Positions 8,328 through 17,432 of a stretch of 32,000 bases of DNA are shown here, in pieces (position 1 is the first letter of the stretch; the number at the start of each line of letters is the position of its first letter). Position numbers and translations under genes: made by a program. The stretch comes from Candidatus Saccharimonadota bacterium. GTDB taxonomy: Bacteria; Patescibacteriota; Saccharimonadia; Saccharimonadales; UBA4665. The notes beneath the pieces are model-generated. The model did no database searches. It worked only from the letters and a program-made list of their open reading frames with translations, and was not told the origin of the DNA. The stretch covers positions 360,001 through 392,000 of the forward strand of contig CP025011.1 in NCBI GenBank assembly GCA_002952755.1. The letters are read 5' to 3'.

Positions 8328-11300
8328 GACGAATCGATTTAGCTGTGTAGAAGGTCACTTTCGAGGCGATACAGAGATAATAAATACCCGATATGAGTAT
8401 CGGGGCATAGGTTCGAGGACTAACGAAAATAAAGTAGTGGGCAGCTAGCGTTACCCAGAGTACTGCAGGACTAAAATTCAAAAAGAATTGCAGTACTCGA
8501 AACGTCGTGTAACGCCTATCTTTACGGACTTTTGTGCCGGTGGGCTGCCAAGACATGTGGTTATTAGATATCACATCGGCAATCGCAAATAAGTGCGCCC
8601 AGCCGTATACCGAGCGTACAGTCCAAGCTTCGACTCCATATATAGATTTATGCCACAATGGGTAGACGATCTGCGTAAATATAAATGCAGGGAATATAAG
8701 GAAGTAGTTAACAAGTGACAATTTGGCCGGAATAGCAATAAGTAAAATGAGCGGTATGATGGGGGTATAGAACGACATCAGGCCTGTCTGAATATAATAA
8801 AAGAAGCCAGACATATAGGATAAACGAGCTCTGAACGACAACTTGGTGTGCCAGAATTTTGCAGAAGAGAGCAGGCTCATAGACCCCATGCACCAGCGGT
8901 ATTGTTGCTTAAAGAAAGCCGGCATGGTCGCGGGGCAAAGACCTTTGGCGAGAACGATCGGTATATAGGTTAAGCTCCATCCCTTCATTCGCAAGTTGAA
9001 ACCAGTATGGACATCTTCCGAATGCTCAATGAGTGCGGTACCGCCGGTACTTTCGAGAGCCTTTCGGCGGTAGACGGCATTGCTACCTACGCAAATAGAG
9101 GCGTTATTGCTCTCTCGGGAGACTTGAGAAAACCGATAAAACAATTCCTGTACGGCTCCAGCACCACGCTCCAACCAGTTTTGATTCGGGGTCACACTAA
9201 AATACTGAGGAGTCTGCACAATGCCTGTCTTTGGGTTCGAAAAGTAGGGGAGCGTTTCGTTTAAGAAGTCGGCTCGCGGTACAAAATCTGCATCAAAAAT
9301 GACAATGAACTCAGAATTCGAGACCCGAAAACCATGCCGTAAGTTGCCGGCTTTTTTAAAGTAACCTCGATCAGGACGTACTTCGTATATAAAGTTATAC
9401 TGTTCGGCCAGAGTCTTTACTTCTGGGCGATCGGCGTCGTCAAGGCAGTAGATAGTGACGCGCCCTTTGTACGCATCAGCCATGGCTGTTATGCCGTCCC
9501 ATGTGTTTTCTAACACACGGAGGTCTTCGCCGGCGTTGGGCAAGAATATATCCACCGATGGGTATACGTCGGGTTTCCAGCTTGCAATCGACGTTTTGTG
9601 TGCCTGTATATCGAAAGCTCGCGTACCTGCATTTACAAAGAATGAAGTGGCATAATAAATAATGTTAAAAGCTAGCACGATAGCCAGACTCCATAGAACT
9701 GGGTGGTGATAGATAAAGAGTGTCATGCTAATTGTGACCCCCGTAAAGCTGATGAGAGAAACCACTAGGAGGAGGCTTAATTTTCGCTTTACATATATGT
9801 ACTTTTCTTTTTCATCTGGTGGTTTAGGTAGCGCTCCTTTATCTGCAGTACCAAACTCTAGTATGCGGTATTGGTTATTGAAAGATATAAATCGGGTGGT
9901 AATCCAGTCGCCAAATCGTGCCGAGATTCGCATGAGCGGAGGTGTGAGCGGGACAGCCAAAAGGCTCAAGCTACCGAGCAGCGCCCAGAATAGCATAAAG
10001 GGTGCAGTGCGATGTGTGAAGAAGCTCGAAACAAAGTCGGCAAGCGTAATGAAGGCGAGGGTAAGGTGAGGCAGGAATAGCTTAAAAGGGAGAGATTTAT
10101 CCTTTTTCGCCTTGGTGCCTTTAGGTGTCACTTTGTAAACGAGTTTTTTTCGCTTAAAAAGGCTCGCAAATGCCAAAAAGAATATCGGCCATGCAGCTAC
10201 GCCAATGTACATTCCTGACCACATAATGCCGCGCTCTTCTTTTGGCCGGATATTAAAGCGCTGCAGCCAGAAACTCATCAGCCCGATGATGACGCTTAGG
10301 GGAATAAAAAGAGCCAAGAAGCTGCCCAGATCCATCTTTGTTGCCTGTATTCCGAGACCAAAGTAGAGGGTGAGACAAATAACACTTAGCGCCATGGCAA
10401 GTCCGGTAAAGTAGTATTGTTGAATAACGAAGTAATACATGGAACGTCGGAGAGACATGGTTTTAAAAAGTTTAAAGCTGTGATTAAAGAGGATATGCAT
10501 ACAACCATATGCCCACCTTTTTTGTTGGTTAAAGTAGGATTTCCAATCTGTGGGGCCCTCGCCAATGGCTAACGCCTGGGGTACGTAGACACTTTCCCAG
10601 CCTTTGGCATGCAGCTTCATACCCGTTATAAGGTCCTCCGTAATATGCGCGCTGTAATGGTCAACACTTTGCAAAGCCTTAACACGAATGACGTGATTGG
10701 CACCAATAAGTAGTGTTGAATTCATCCCTGCCATACCTCGGAGTAAGGGGCCATAAAAACTATAGGTCTGCTGGGCGGCACCGCGCGCAATAATAGAATG
10801 CTTTATGTTGCCGTAAATCTGCGGCGTGCCCACAAATGCAATCTTGGGGTTGCGAAAGAAGCCTAACGTTACCTGTAGGAAGCCTGGGTGAGGAATGAAG
10901 TCGGTATCGATCTCGGCCACGATATCGTAATCGTTACCAACTACGTCGTACCAAGAGTTATGGTTGCCCCCCTTAGTTTTCCGGGCGTATTTGCCCTCGG
11001 GCATATTGTAGTGCTCTTTGCCGGCCCGGCTAAAATGCTTGACGCCGTACTGCTCACATACCTTGATAACTTCGGGGTCGTTACCCTCATCGAGCAACCA
11101 TGTGTCATGTGGATAGCGGGTCTTTACCATGGCAGGTAAGGTTTTATGCAGTAGAGAAATGGACTCTGAGGCAGGTACAAAAGTCGTAATAAACGCCACT
11201 TTGAGTCCTTCTTCAGGCTTATAGTACTTGATAGGTTTAATGTGTGATGCAATGGCCCACAGGAGGACCTTCATAACTATAGGCAGCCAAATGATAAAGC

Positions 11301-11457
11301 TCACAACGGCAAATAGTGCAAAATCACCCACATGCTCCCATCCGTGAAAATTATGCGCAACGTGGCTGAGCCGAAACCAATACACGGCAAATATGACGAC
11401 AGCTGTAAGCGCGCCGCTGGCAAACAATGTGTGTAAAAAGTGCTGACTCCTGTTCAT
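8278..11457 (-). CDS. Tandem (duplicated) cellulose-synthase-like processive glycosyltransferase, two GT2 modules in one 1059-aa polytopic protein
   Basis: Module 1: VAFITTFVP, LLDEGND, EIDTDFIP, ITEDLITG, QQKRWAYG. Module 2: VDIFLPNAGED, CLDDADR, VIFDADFVP, HSEDVHTG, QQYRWCMG. Each module is flanked by its own TM helices. Start set at ATG 11457 (MNRSQHF); the tracked 82-codon extension overlaps the divergent GH16 gene. Confidence 0.85.
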   Translation of the reverse strand: MNRSQHFLHTLFASGALTAVVIFAVYWFRLSHVAHNFHGWEHVGDFALFAVVSFIIWLPIVMKVLLWAIASHIKPIKYYKPEEGLKVAFITTFVPASESISLLHKTLPAMVKTRYPHDTWLLDEGNDPEVIKVCEQYGVKHFSRAGKEHYNMPEGKYARKTKGGNHNSWYDVVGNDYDIVAEIDTDFIPHPGFLQVTLGFFRNPKIAFVGTPQIYGNIKHSIIARGAAQQTYSFYGPLLRGMAGMNSTLLIGANHVIRVKALQSVDHYSAHITEDLITGMKLHAKGWESVYVPQALAIGEGPTDWKSYFNQQKRWAYGCMHILFNHSFKLFKTMSLRRSMYYFVIQQYYFTGLAMALSVICLTLYFGLGIQATKMDLGSFLALFIPLSVIIGLMSFWLQRFNIRPKEERGIMWSGMYIGVAAWPIFFLAFASLFKRKKLVYKVTPKGTKAKKDKSLPFKLFLPHLTLAFITLADFVSSFFTHRTAPFMLFWALLGSLSLLAVPLTPPLMRISARFGDWITTRFISFNNQYRILEFGTADKGALPKPPDEKEKYIYVKRKLSLLLVVSLISFTGVTISMTLFIYHHPVLWSLAIVLAFNIIYYATSFFVNAGTRAFDIQAHKTSIASWKPDVYPSVDIFLPNAGEDLRVLENTWDGITAMADAYKGRVTIYCLDDADRPEVKTLAEQYNFIYEVRPDRGYFKKAGNLRHGFRVSNSEFIVIFDADFVPRADFLNETLPYFSNPKTGIVQTPQYFSVTPNQNWLERGAGAVQELFYRFSQVSRESNNASICVGSNAVYRRKALESTGGTALIEHSEDVHTGFNLRMKGWSLTYIPIVLAKGLCPATMPAFFKQQYRWCMGSMSLLSSAKFWHTKLSFRARLSYMSGFFYYIQTGLMSFYTPIIPLILLIAIPAKLSLVNYFLIFPAFIFTQIVYPLWHKSIYGVEAWTVRSVYGWAHLFAIADVISNNHMSWQPTGTKVRKDRRYTTFRVLQFFLNFSPAVLWVTLAAHYFIFVSPRTYAPILISGIYYLCIASKVTFYTAKSIRLDTSVKTMAGARAQKQ

Positions 11458-11527
11458 CGGTGTGGTAATACAATATACTCGGGGGAGTTGCCTTCCAGAT
11501 TTGATAAAAATAACATGAAATCTTATT

Positions 11528-12406
11528 ATGGTAAAGAGGAATAAGCTTACACTAAGCATAATGCTGCTACTCATCGTAAGTACGGTAGTGGCTTTTTGCG
11601 TGTCGGGAAAGCACTCAACGAGCCCCAGGGCGACGGTTTCGAGCAATTCCCGTAAACTCCTGTTTGATGATGAATTTAGCGGTTCAGCCTTGAATACTGC
11701 CAAGTGGAATACTTGTTACGACTGGTACGATGCGCAGTATAATGGCTGTACTAATGCAGGCAACCACGAACTTGAGTGGTATGCCCCAAGCCAAGTAAGC
11801 ATTCGGGACGGCAATTTGCTTTTGACCGCTCAAAAGCAAACAGTAATCGGCCAGAACGCATCAAATGCTCGTAATGGGACCACGATAGAGTCGTATCCCT
11901 TTGCATCTGGTATGGTTTCGACGGGCAAACTCTCGTCAGTAGGATCACCTAAATGGAGCGGAAACTACGGGTACTACGAAATGCGTGCAGCGGTTCCTTC
12001 GGGCGCTGGTATATGGCCAGCGTTTTGGCTCCTTCCGGTAAATGATGAGTGGCCACCTGAGATAGACGTTATGGAGCTTCTGGGCGACAACCCAACCCAA
12101 ATATTAATGACTTATTTTTGGCCCAACGGCGGCTCCTCGCCCGCCAAAGATTCGACCACCTATAGTGGTACCAATTTTTCACAAGGGTGGCATACCTACG
12201 CAATCGATTGGGAACCCCGCGCAATCACGTGGTACATAGATGGGGTTGTCCGAAAGGCTGTACAAGGAGTACACGTGCCTGCCACCCAAATGCAAATTAT
12301 TGCTAATTTAGCTGTTGGTGGCACTTTGCCCGGCAATCCAGATAACGCGACTATATTTCCTCAAGCTATGAAGATTGACTACATCCGCGTATACAATTCC
12401 AAGTAA
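11528..12406 (+). CDS. Glycoside hydrolase family 16 (beta-glucanase; laminarinase/lichenase type), secreted or anchored
   Basis: Catalytic motif EIDVMELLG (matches E-x-D-x-x-E), WPAFWLLP, and an N-terminal hydrophobic segment LTLSIMLLLIVSTVVAFCV. The start is uncertain: ATG 11528 is embedded in a promoter-like hexamer. Confidence 0.85.
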   Translation: MVKRNKLTLSIMLLLIVSTVVAFCVSGKHSTSPRATVSSNSRKLLFDDEFSGSALNTAKWNTCYDWYDAQYNGCTNAGNHELEWYAPSQVSIRDGNLLLTAQKQTVIGQNASNARNGTTIESYPFASGMVSTGKLSSVGSPKWSGNYGYYEMRAAVPSGAGIWPAFWLLPVNDEWPPEIDVMELLGDNPTQILMTYFWPNGGSSPAKDSTTYSGTNFSQGWHTYAIDWEPRAITWYIDGVVRKAVQGVHVPATQMQIIANLAVGGTLPGNPDNATIFPQAMKIDYIRVYNSK

Positions 12407-12523
12407 TAAGTGATCCAGAGTACGGCGATGAACCATATGATATAGCAGAATTGCCTGAGAGTATACCCGCTTAGCGGTCGGTGTTAGTAGGCTTGTTCGC
12501 CTTTTCGGGAATAAGGAGTAATC

Positions 12524-12765
12524 ATGGAGTCTGAAGCAGTTGAACACTCAGAAGTGAACGACGACCCTTACTAATCCACAGGATGTAAAGGGATCCACAT
12601 CTCTCACCGAGTTGTATGACGATGCCGAGGAGAGAATATTGATCCGTGACTCCAAAAGTCCAGATGGGCCAAAGCTACTCGTTTCAAGCGTTTGGCGCTT
12701 TTATAGGCGCTATATGCGGTGGCAAATATGACCTGCCCTCGGGGAGTAGTCAGCCGGACGAATAG
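12524..12765 (+). pseudogene. DUF397-like small gene remnant, broken into three reading frames
   Basis: AAGGAG SD 5 nt before ATG 12524 gives MESEAVEHSEVNDDPY-stop. A second frame reads ...DVKGSTSLTELYDDAEERILIRDSKSPDGPKLLV. A third frame reads SFQAFGAFIGAICGGKYDLPSGSSQPDE-stop at 12763-12765. The middle and last pieces match the remembered DUF397 pattern (V-R-D-S-K-x-P-x-G-P-x-L ... W-x-A-F-x-x-x-x-K-x-G-E-F-D). Confidence 0.5.
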
Positions 12766-12819
12766 CCGATAGTTTGCTAGCTATCCGCGATGGTACACTA
12801 GTATGTAGTAGGTGGTTAT

Positions 12820-13341
12820 ATGAAAAAACAGAGCGCAGGCATTATGCTGTATCGACAAAATAAGGGCAGGTTGGAGGTGTTATTAGTGCACCCTGGCGGT
12901 CCCTTTTGGGCTAAAAAAGATGTTGGTTCATGGTCGATTCCTAAAGGTGAATTCGACGAAACTGAAGAATCATTGCCAGCTGCCAAACGGGAGTTTACTG
13001 AAGAAATAGGCACAGCACCACCGGAAGGCGACTATTTATATCTTGGTCAGGCGAAACAATCGAGCGGAAAGATAGTTCATGCTTTTGCCCTAGAGAGTGA
13101 TTTTGATCTTGAGCATTTCCAGAGTAATACGTTCACCATGGAATGGCCGCCCAAGTCTGGGCAGATGCAGGAGTTCCCTGAAAACGACAGAGCCGCCTGG
13201 ACACCTGTGGTAGTTGCCCGGCAAAAGATAGTCAAAGGCCAGGTAATCTTTATTGAATTACTTGCTAAGCAACTGGGAGTGGATTTTGAAACACCTCCGT
13301 CCGACTATGCTAGCCAAGGCCCGCAAACAGCGCTCTTCTAG
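12820..13341 (+). CDS. NUDIX hydrolase
   Basis: Nudix box GEFDETEESLPAAKREFTEEIG (G-x5-E-x7-R-E-x-x-E-E-x-G). SD AGGTGG lies 5 nt upstream of the ATG. Confidence 0.85.
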   Translation: MKKQSAGIMLYRQNKGRLEVLLVHPGGPFWAKKDVGSWSIPKGEFDETEESLPAAKREFTEEIGTAPPEGDYLYLGQAKQSSGKIVHAFALESDFDLEHFQSNTFTMEWPPKSGQMQEFPENDRAAWTPVVVARQKIVKGQVIFIELLAKQLGVDFETPPSDYASQGPQTALF

Positions 13342-13422
13342 TCAAAACTCATCTAACAGTATAAAAAGTGATATAGTGGTGACAAGATGATTCGCCTTGT
13401 TGTGACGATGTTTGGCCACACC

Positions 13423-13447
13423 ATGCCCCCGCGGGCATAATTTTCAC
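13423..13447 (+). terminator. Weak candidate intrinsic terminator after the NUDIX gene
   Basis: Stem ATGCCC/GGGCAT with loop CCGC, followed by AATTTTCAC (a short T tract). Confidence 0.3.
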
Positions 13448-13493
13448 ATAACTTTTATTTTTGTCGATTAATAAAAACAGGTAGACTACAACC

Positions 13494-14933
13494 ATGAAGT
13501 ATTTTATTACCACCTCTATCGCCTATGTGAACGCCGCCCCCCATATTGGGTACGCAATGGAGCTGCTTGAGGCGGATGTGCTGGCTCGTGCCGCACGCCA
13601 GCGCGGCGAGCAAGTTATTTTTAGCACCGGTACTGATGAGCACGGCAGCAAAGTGGCCCAAAAAGCAGTTGAAGCCGGCAAGACGCCCAAGGCGTTTGTT
13701 GATGAAGTAAGCGAGCACTTCCGCGACCTTACCAAGTTGCTGGGCATTAGCAACGACCGCTTTATACGCACTACTGATGCCGGGCACGAAAAGCGCGCCG
13801 CCATCATCTGGAAAGCGCTCGAAAAAGACATTTATAAGGCTAAATATATCGGCTGGTACGATGTCCGTCAGGAAGAATTCGTCCCTGAAGCGCAGGCTGA
13901 TCCGGCCCGTATGAAGCCCGATCACCCGCAAGCCTATCAGCGCCTGGAAGAGGAAAATTACTTCTTCCGCTTAAGCAAGTACAACAACGCTATCCGCGAG
14001 AAGATCGAGTCGGGTGAGCTCGAAATCATCCCCGAAACACGCCGGAACGAAATTCTGAGTGTGCTCAAAGAGGGCTTGGAAGACATCAGCATCTCCCGCC
14101 CGAAGGAAAAGCTCGATTGGGGCATTGCTGTGCCCGGCGATGGCCAACAAGTGATGTATGTATGGGTTGAAGCGCTCATGAACTACATTACCGTTCTTGG
14201 CTACCCGGAGCAGCAGGAATTCAAAGATTTTTGGCCAGCAAACGTACAGGTAGTAGGTAAGGACATTACACGCTTCCATGCGGCCATCTGGCCGGCGATG
14301 CTCATGAGTTTAGGGCTTCCGCTACTTAAGCAGCTGTATGTGCACAGTTTTATCACGGTAAGCGGCGAAAAAATGAGCAAGTCGATAGGTAACGTTGTCT
14401 CACCCCAGGAAGTGGTCAACAAATATGGCGTTGATGCTTTTCGCTATTTCTTTTTACGTCACATCCCCAGCTACAACGATGGTGACTTTAGCTGGGAGCT
14501 GTACGATCGGGCATATAATAACGAGCTGGCCAATGAGCTGGGAAACGCTGTGCAGCGCACCGCCGCCATGATTCAGAAATACGAGGATGGGGTTATTGGC
14601 ACAGTGCCGCAAGCTCAACACGACAGCAAACCGGTACAGGACGCCTTGGTACAATGCCGTTTCGACCGCGCGCTCGACGAAATTTGGGACCAGGTGCGCG
14701 GCCTCAACCAGTATATTGACGAAGAAAAGCCGTGGGAGATTGCCAAAACTGGCGACAAGGAGCACCTGCATGAAGTGCTCGTCGCTCAGGTAGCCGACCT
14801 GCTCCAGATTGCCGATTTGCTCACCCCATTCTTGCCTGGCGCTGCCGAGAAGATCAAAAATGTCTTTGCTAGCGGCGTGGTGCAACCCATCGAAGGTACC
14901 CTGTTCCCCAAGCTGGAAGACAAGACCAAGTAG
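13494..14933 (+). CDS. metG: Methionine--tRNA ligase (short form, no C-terminal tRNA-binding domain)
   Basis: Class I motifs: HIGH-type APHIGYA near the N-terminus and KMSKS (GEKMSKSIGN). The overall layout is typical of MetRS. Confidence 0.9.
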   Translation: MKYFITTSIAYVNAAPHIGYAMELLEADVLARAARQRGEQVIFSTGTDEHGSKVAQKAVEAGKTPKAFVDEVSEHFRDLTKLLGISNDRFIRTTDAGHEKRAAIIWKALEKDIYKAKYIGWYDVRQEEFVPEAQADPARMKPDHPQAYQRLEEENYFFRLSKYNNAIREKIESGELEIIPETRRNEILSVLKEGLEDISISRPKEKLDWGIAVPGDGQQVMYVWVEALMNYITVLGYPEQQEFKDFWPANVQVVGKDITRFHAAIWPAMLMSLGLPLLKQLYVHSFITVSGEKMSKSIGNVVSPQEVVNKYGVDAFRYFFLRHIPSYNDGDFSWELYDRAYNNELANELGNAVQRTAAMIQKYEDGVIGTVPQAQHDSKPVQDALVQCRFDRALDEIWDQVRGLNQYIDEEKPWEIAKTGDKEHLHEVLVAQVADLLQIADLLTPFLPGAAEKIKNVFASGVVQPIEGTLFPKLEDKTK

Positions 14934-14946
14934 AGGCTGTTCGCTG

Positions 14947-16026
14947 ATGAAGATAGCGGTTATTACCTGCTACGATCAAGTAAATTATGTGCGTGCTCAG
15001 ACGCTTCGGGCCGCGATTGCAGCTTGTCCGGGCGTGGAGATGATTACTGTCAGAAATACACGGCGGGGATATTTGCGCTACCTAGAGGTGCCGCTCAAGA
15101 TCATTGTCACCAGGATTTTGAAGCGGCCGGACGCCTATGTGATTATTTTTCGTGGCTACGAGATGCTGCCCTTGACGCTGCTGGTTAAAGGCCGAAAGCC
15201 GCTCATTTTTGACGAGTATGTGAACGCTGCTGAGTACCTAGAGGAACATGGCGTACTCAAGTTGGACAGTCGCTTCGGTCGTGTGTTTGCATGGTGGTAC
15301 GCTCTTTTGCTGAAACGGTGCCGCTTCATTTTGGCCGATACCGAGGCCCATGCGGCGTATTCGGCCCAGATTTGTAATCTTCCTTTGCAGCAATATCGAA
15401 GTGTGCCAGTGGGCACTGTCGAAGCGCTCTTCCGGCCCGATGCTGCCAAACATCTATCTGCCAAAAACAAGGTATTTCGCGTTTTTTATTATGGGCAGAT
15501 GATTCCATTGCAGGGCATGGCATATATTTTGGACGCGGCAGTCCAACTTGGCGCCACTCATCCTCATATCGAGTTCATCATTTCCGGCGGCAAGCAGAAG
15601 GGTGCTGAGGCAGTCGCGACTGCTCAAAAGCGAGGCGCACATATAACTTTTAGAGAGTGGACGCCCTTCGACAAAATCCCAGAGGCAGCGATAACTGCCG
15701 ACTTGACGCTGGGCGGCCCATTCGGCAACACCCGGCAGGGACAATTAGTGATCGCCACCAAAACGTTCCAGTTTCTAGCCTGTGCCGCTCCAGTAGTGAT
15801 TGGCCGTAATCGGGTTATGAGTGAGGGCTTTGTTGATAAGAAAAACTGCCTGGTTGTCCCCCAAGGCGATGCGATGGCGCTCGCCCACACGATCGCCTGG
15901 GCGAGCGAGCACCCAAGCGAATTACCGGCCATCGGCAAAGCCGGCCGCAAGTTGTACGAGGCGCACTTCTCGCAGGCAACTATTCAGCGTATTGTAGAAG
16001 CTATGGTGGAAGAGGTTCGAGTGTGA
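14947..16026 (+). CDS. Glycosyltransferase, GT-B fold (group 1/GT4-like)
   Basis: Start at ATG 14947 (MKIAVITCYD), 14 nt after the metG stop. The C-terminal half resembles the GT4 nucleotide-sugar binding domain (FQFLACAAPVVIGRN, GFVDKKNCLVVPQGD). Confidence 0.6.
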   Translation: MKIAVITCYDQVNYVRAQTLRAAIAACPGVEMITVRNTRRGYLRYLEVPLKIIVTRILKRPDAYVIIFRGYEMLPLTLLVKGRKPLIFDEYVNAAEYLEEHGVLKLDSRFGRVFAWWYALLLKRCRFILADTEAHAAYSAQICNLPLQQYRSVPVGTVEALFRPDAAKHLSAKNKVFRVFYYGQMIPLQGMAYILDAAVQLGATHPHIEFIISGGKQKGAEAVATAQKRGAHITFREWTPFDKIPEAAITADLTLGGPFGNTRQGQLVIATKTFQFLACAAPVVIGRNRVMSEGFVDKKNCLVVPQGDAMALAHTIAWASEHPSELPAIGKAGRKLYEAHFSQATIQRIVEAMVEEVRV

Positions 16027-16109
16027 ATGCAGGGGCAAACTCTCAAACGCAGGGGGCCAGCGATGCAGTTAAGCATAGTAAGAGGGTACCCCAGAAGAAG
16101 GTGGAAGTT

Positions 16110-17432
16110 ATGCCGCACACCGACCTTGAAACGCTGAAGAATCTTCACCGCATAGCTCAAAATGTCGCCAAGCAGCCTCTCGACCCCGATGCCTGGCACG
16201 GCGAATATGGCGACCGGCACGCTGCACTCACTCTAGATTTGTTCGGCCCTGATAGCACGCCCCGCCACAGATTTCTGCTTAACGCTTCGCTGCTGGATCG
16301 TATAGAAGTTGCCACGGCCAACAAGGGTGCAGCATTGTCTCAGGACGAACTGCTCGAAATTGCTATTGACGACGATGAAGGAGCGGTGACAAGCGGTTTT
16401 TCGTCAGACGCTATCAATGCGATTAACGCTACGTATTACGCCAGCAGTGTGGCCTTTAGTAAGGAATCGCAGATTGCCGATGTGTACGCTATGAACATCA
16501 CCTTGAACTACACGTTGGGTCGCTTGCTTTTGGATGTTACCGGCCCTAGGAAATCTTTTCGCGTTAAGGAGTTGGCTTGCGGCTGGTTCCCGGAGCATTG
16601 GCAATATATTGCTGAAGGTATGCGTCAGGGTGGCGCCAAACGTGTGCTACTGACGTTGACTGATTTCGTGCAGCCAACCCGTCCAAGAGTATTGCAGCGC
16701 AGCCGGAACATTAAACTCCGGACTGCACTATATAACGTATTCGACGATATGCCATCGCTCCCAGACAAAGAACGTCTGGATGCCATCCTCGCAACTTATA
16801 CTTTTGACAGCGTGTGGTTGCCCGAAGATGCACGCTTGACCCGTATCGACGGGCAGTGGTACCAGTCGGCATATCGTCTCAAGGTGGCGGACTGGAATCC
16901 CCGACGTGAGGAGCTGCTCGATGCGTTACGCGCGCGTACGCCGCTCAGGCGTGGTACGCCAGAGGACTATATGGGGATATTTGTCGAAGAATTGCGCCAG
17001 ACAGTTGACATCCAGGCGCATCCGTATGGCGACATCATCGCGCGGAGTAGTGCCGATATAGTAAACGTGCCGGGCGGGCTTATCCGTAGGGTTGTCAATG
17101 CCTTTGAGGCGCAGCTGGGCAGCGACGGAGTGTTCGTGTGCGGCGATGTCATGATGTTTGGACTTAAAACGCTCCAGGGCGAAGAGTGCTATATGAATGT
17201 CAGCGAGCTGACTGGCGTGGTTGCCCGGTACAAAGTAGAAGATTATGCGATTGCGCGTGACGTACTCCAGGAACAGCATGGGCTCCGCGTAGAATTCGTT
17301 GCATTTCCTGAACTCGCACGGCGCTATCTGCCGGAAGATTGGCAAGCACAGGTCCCGGCAGTAGAAAGGCGCGATATGCGAGGGCTGCACGGAAATACCA
17401 TTATGGTCGTACGCCGCGAGGGCGCAGCATGA
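16110..17432 (+). CDS. Hypothetical protein, possible class I SAM-methyltransferase fold (MidA/DUF185-like?)
   Basis: ATG 16110 is preceded by SD GAAGGTGGA; the tracked ORF starts at GTG 16023, overlapping the previous stop. Weak methyltransferase-like pattern: VKELACGWF (motif I-like), LLTLTD, ILATYTFDSVWLP followed by DGQWYQSAYRLKV. Confidence 0.5.
   Translation: MPHTDLETLKNLHRIAQNVAKQPLDPDAWHGEYGDRHAALTLDLFGPDSTPRHRFLLNASLLDRIEVATANKGAALSQDELLEIAIDDDEGAVTSGFSSDAINAINATYYASSVAFSKESQIADVYAMNITLNYTLGRLLLDVTGPRKSFRVKELACGWFPEHWQYIAEGMRQGGAKRVLLTLTDFVQPTRPRVLQRSRNIKLRTALYNVFDDMPSLPDKERLDAILATYTFDSVWLPEDARLTRIDGQWYQSAYRLKVADWNPRREELLDALRARTPLRRGTPEDYMGIFVEELRQTVDIQAHPYGDIIARSSADIVNVPGGLIRRVVNAFEAQLGSDGVFVCGDVMMFGLKTLQGEECYMNVSELTGVVARYKVEDYAIARDVLQEQHGLRVEFVAFPELARRYLPEDWQAQVPAVERRDMRGLHGNTIMVVRREGAA

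Noticed and set aside
11501-11529. TTGATA, 17 nt spacer, TATTAT promoter-like pattern in the GT2/GH16 divergent spacer
   Set aside because: The -10 hexamer overlaps the only upstream ATG of the GH16 ORF, so promoter and start codon are mutually inconsistent. One of them must be wrong and I cannot decide which from sequence alone.
11458-11703. 82-codon N-terminal extension of the GT2 ORF
   Set aside because: It overlaps the divergent GH16 gene and its start region. The first TM helix and a plausible ATG are at 11457.
14809-14946. N-terminal extensions of tracked ORFs that overlap the preceding gene (14809 over metG; similarly 17339 over the 440-aa gene, 21236 over the hairpin region and 22384 over the delta-like gene)
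   Set aside because: In each case an internal ATG right after, or overlapping, the upstream stop gives the recognisable protein N-terminus. The extensions are Arg/Cys/Pro-rich out-of-frame read-through.
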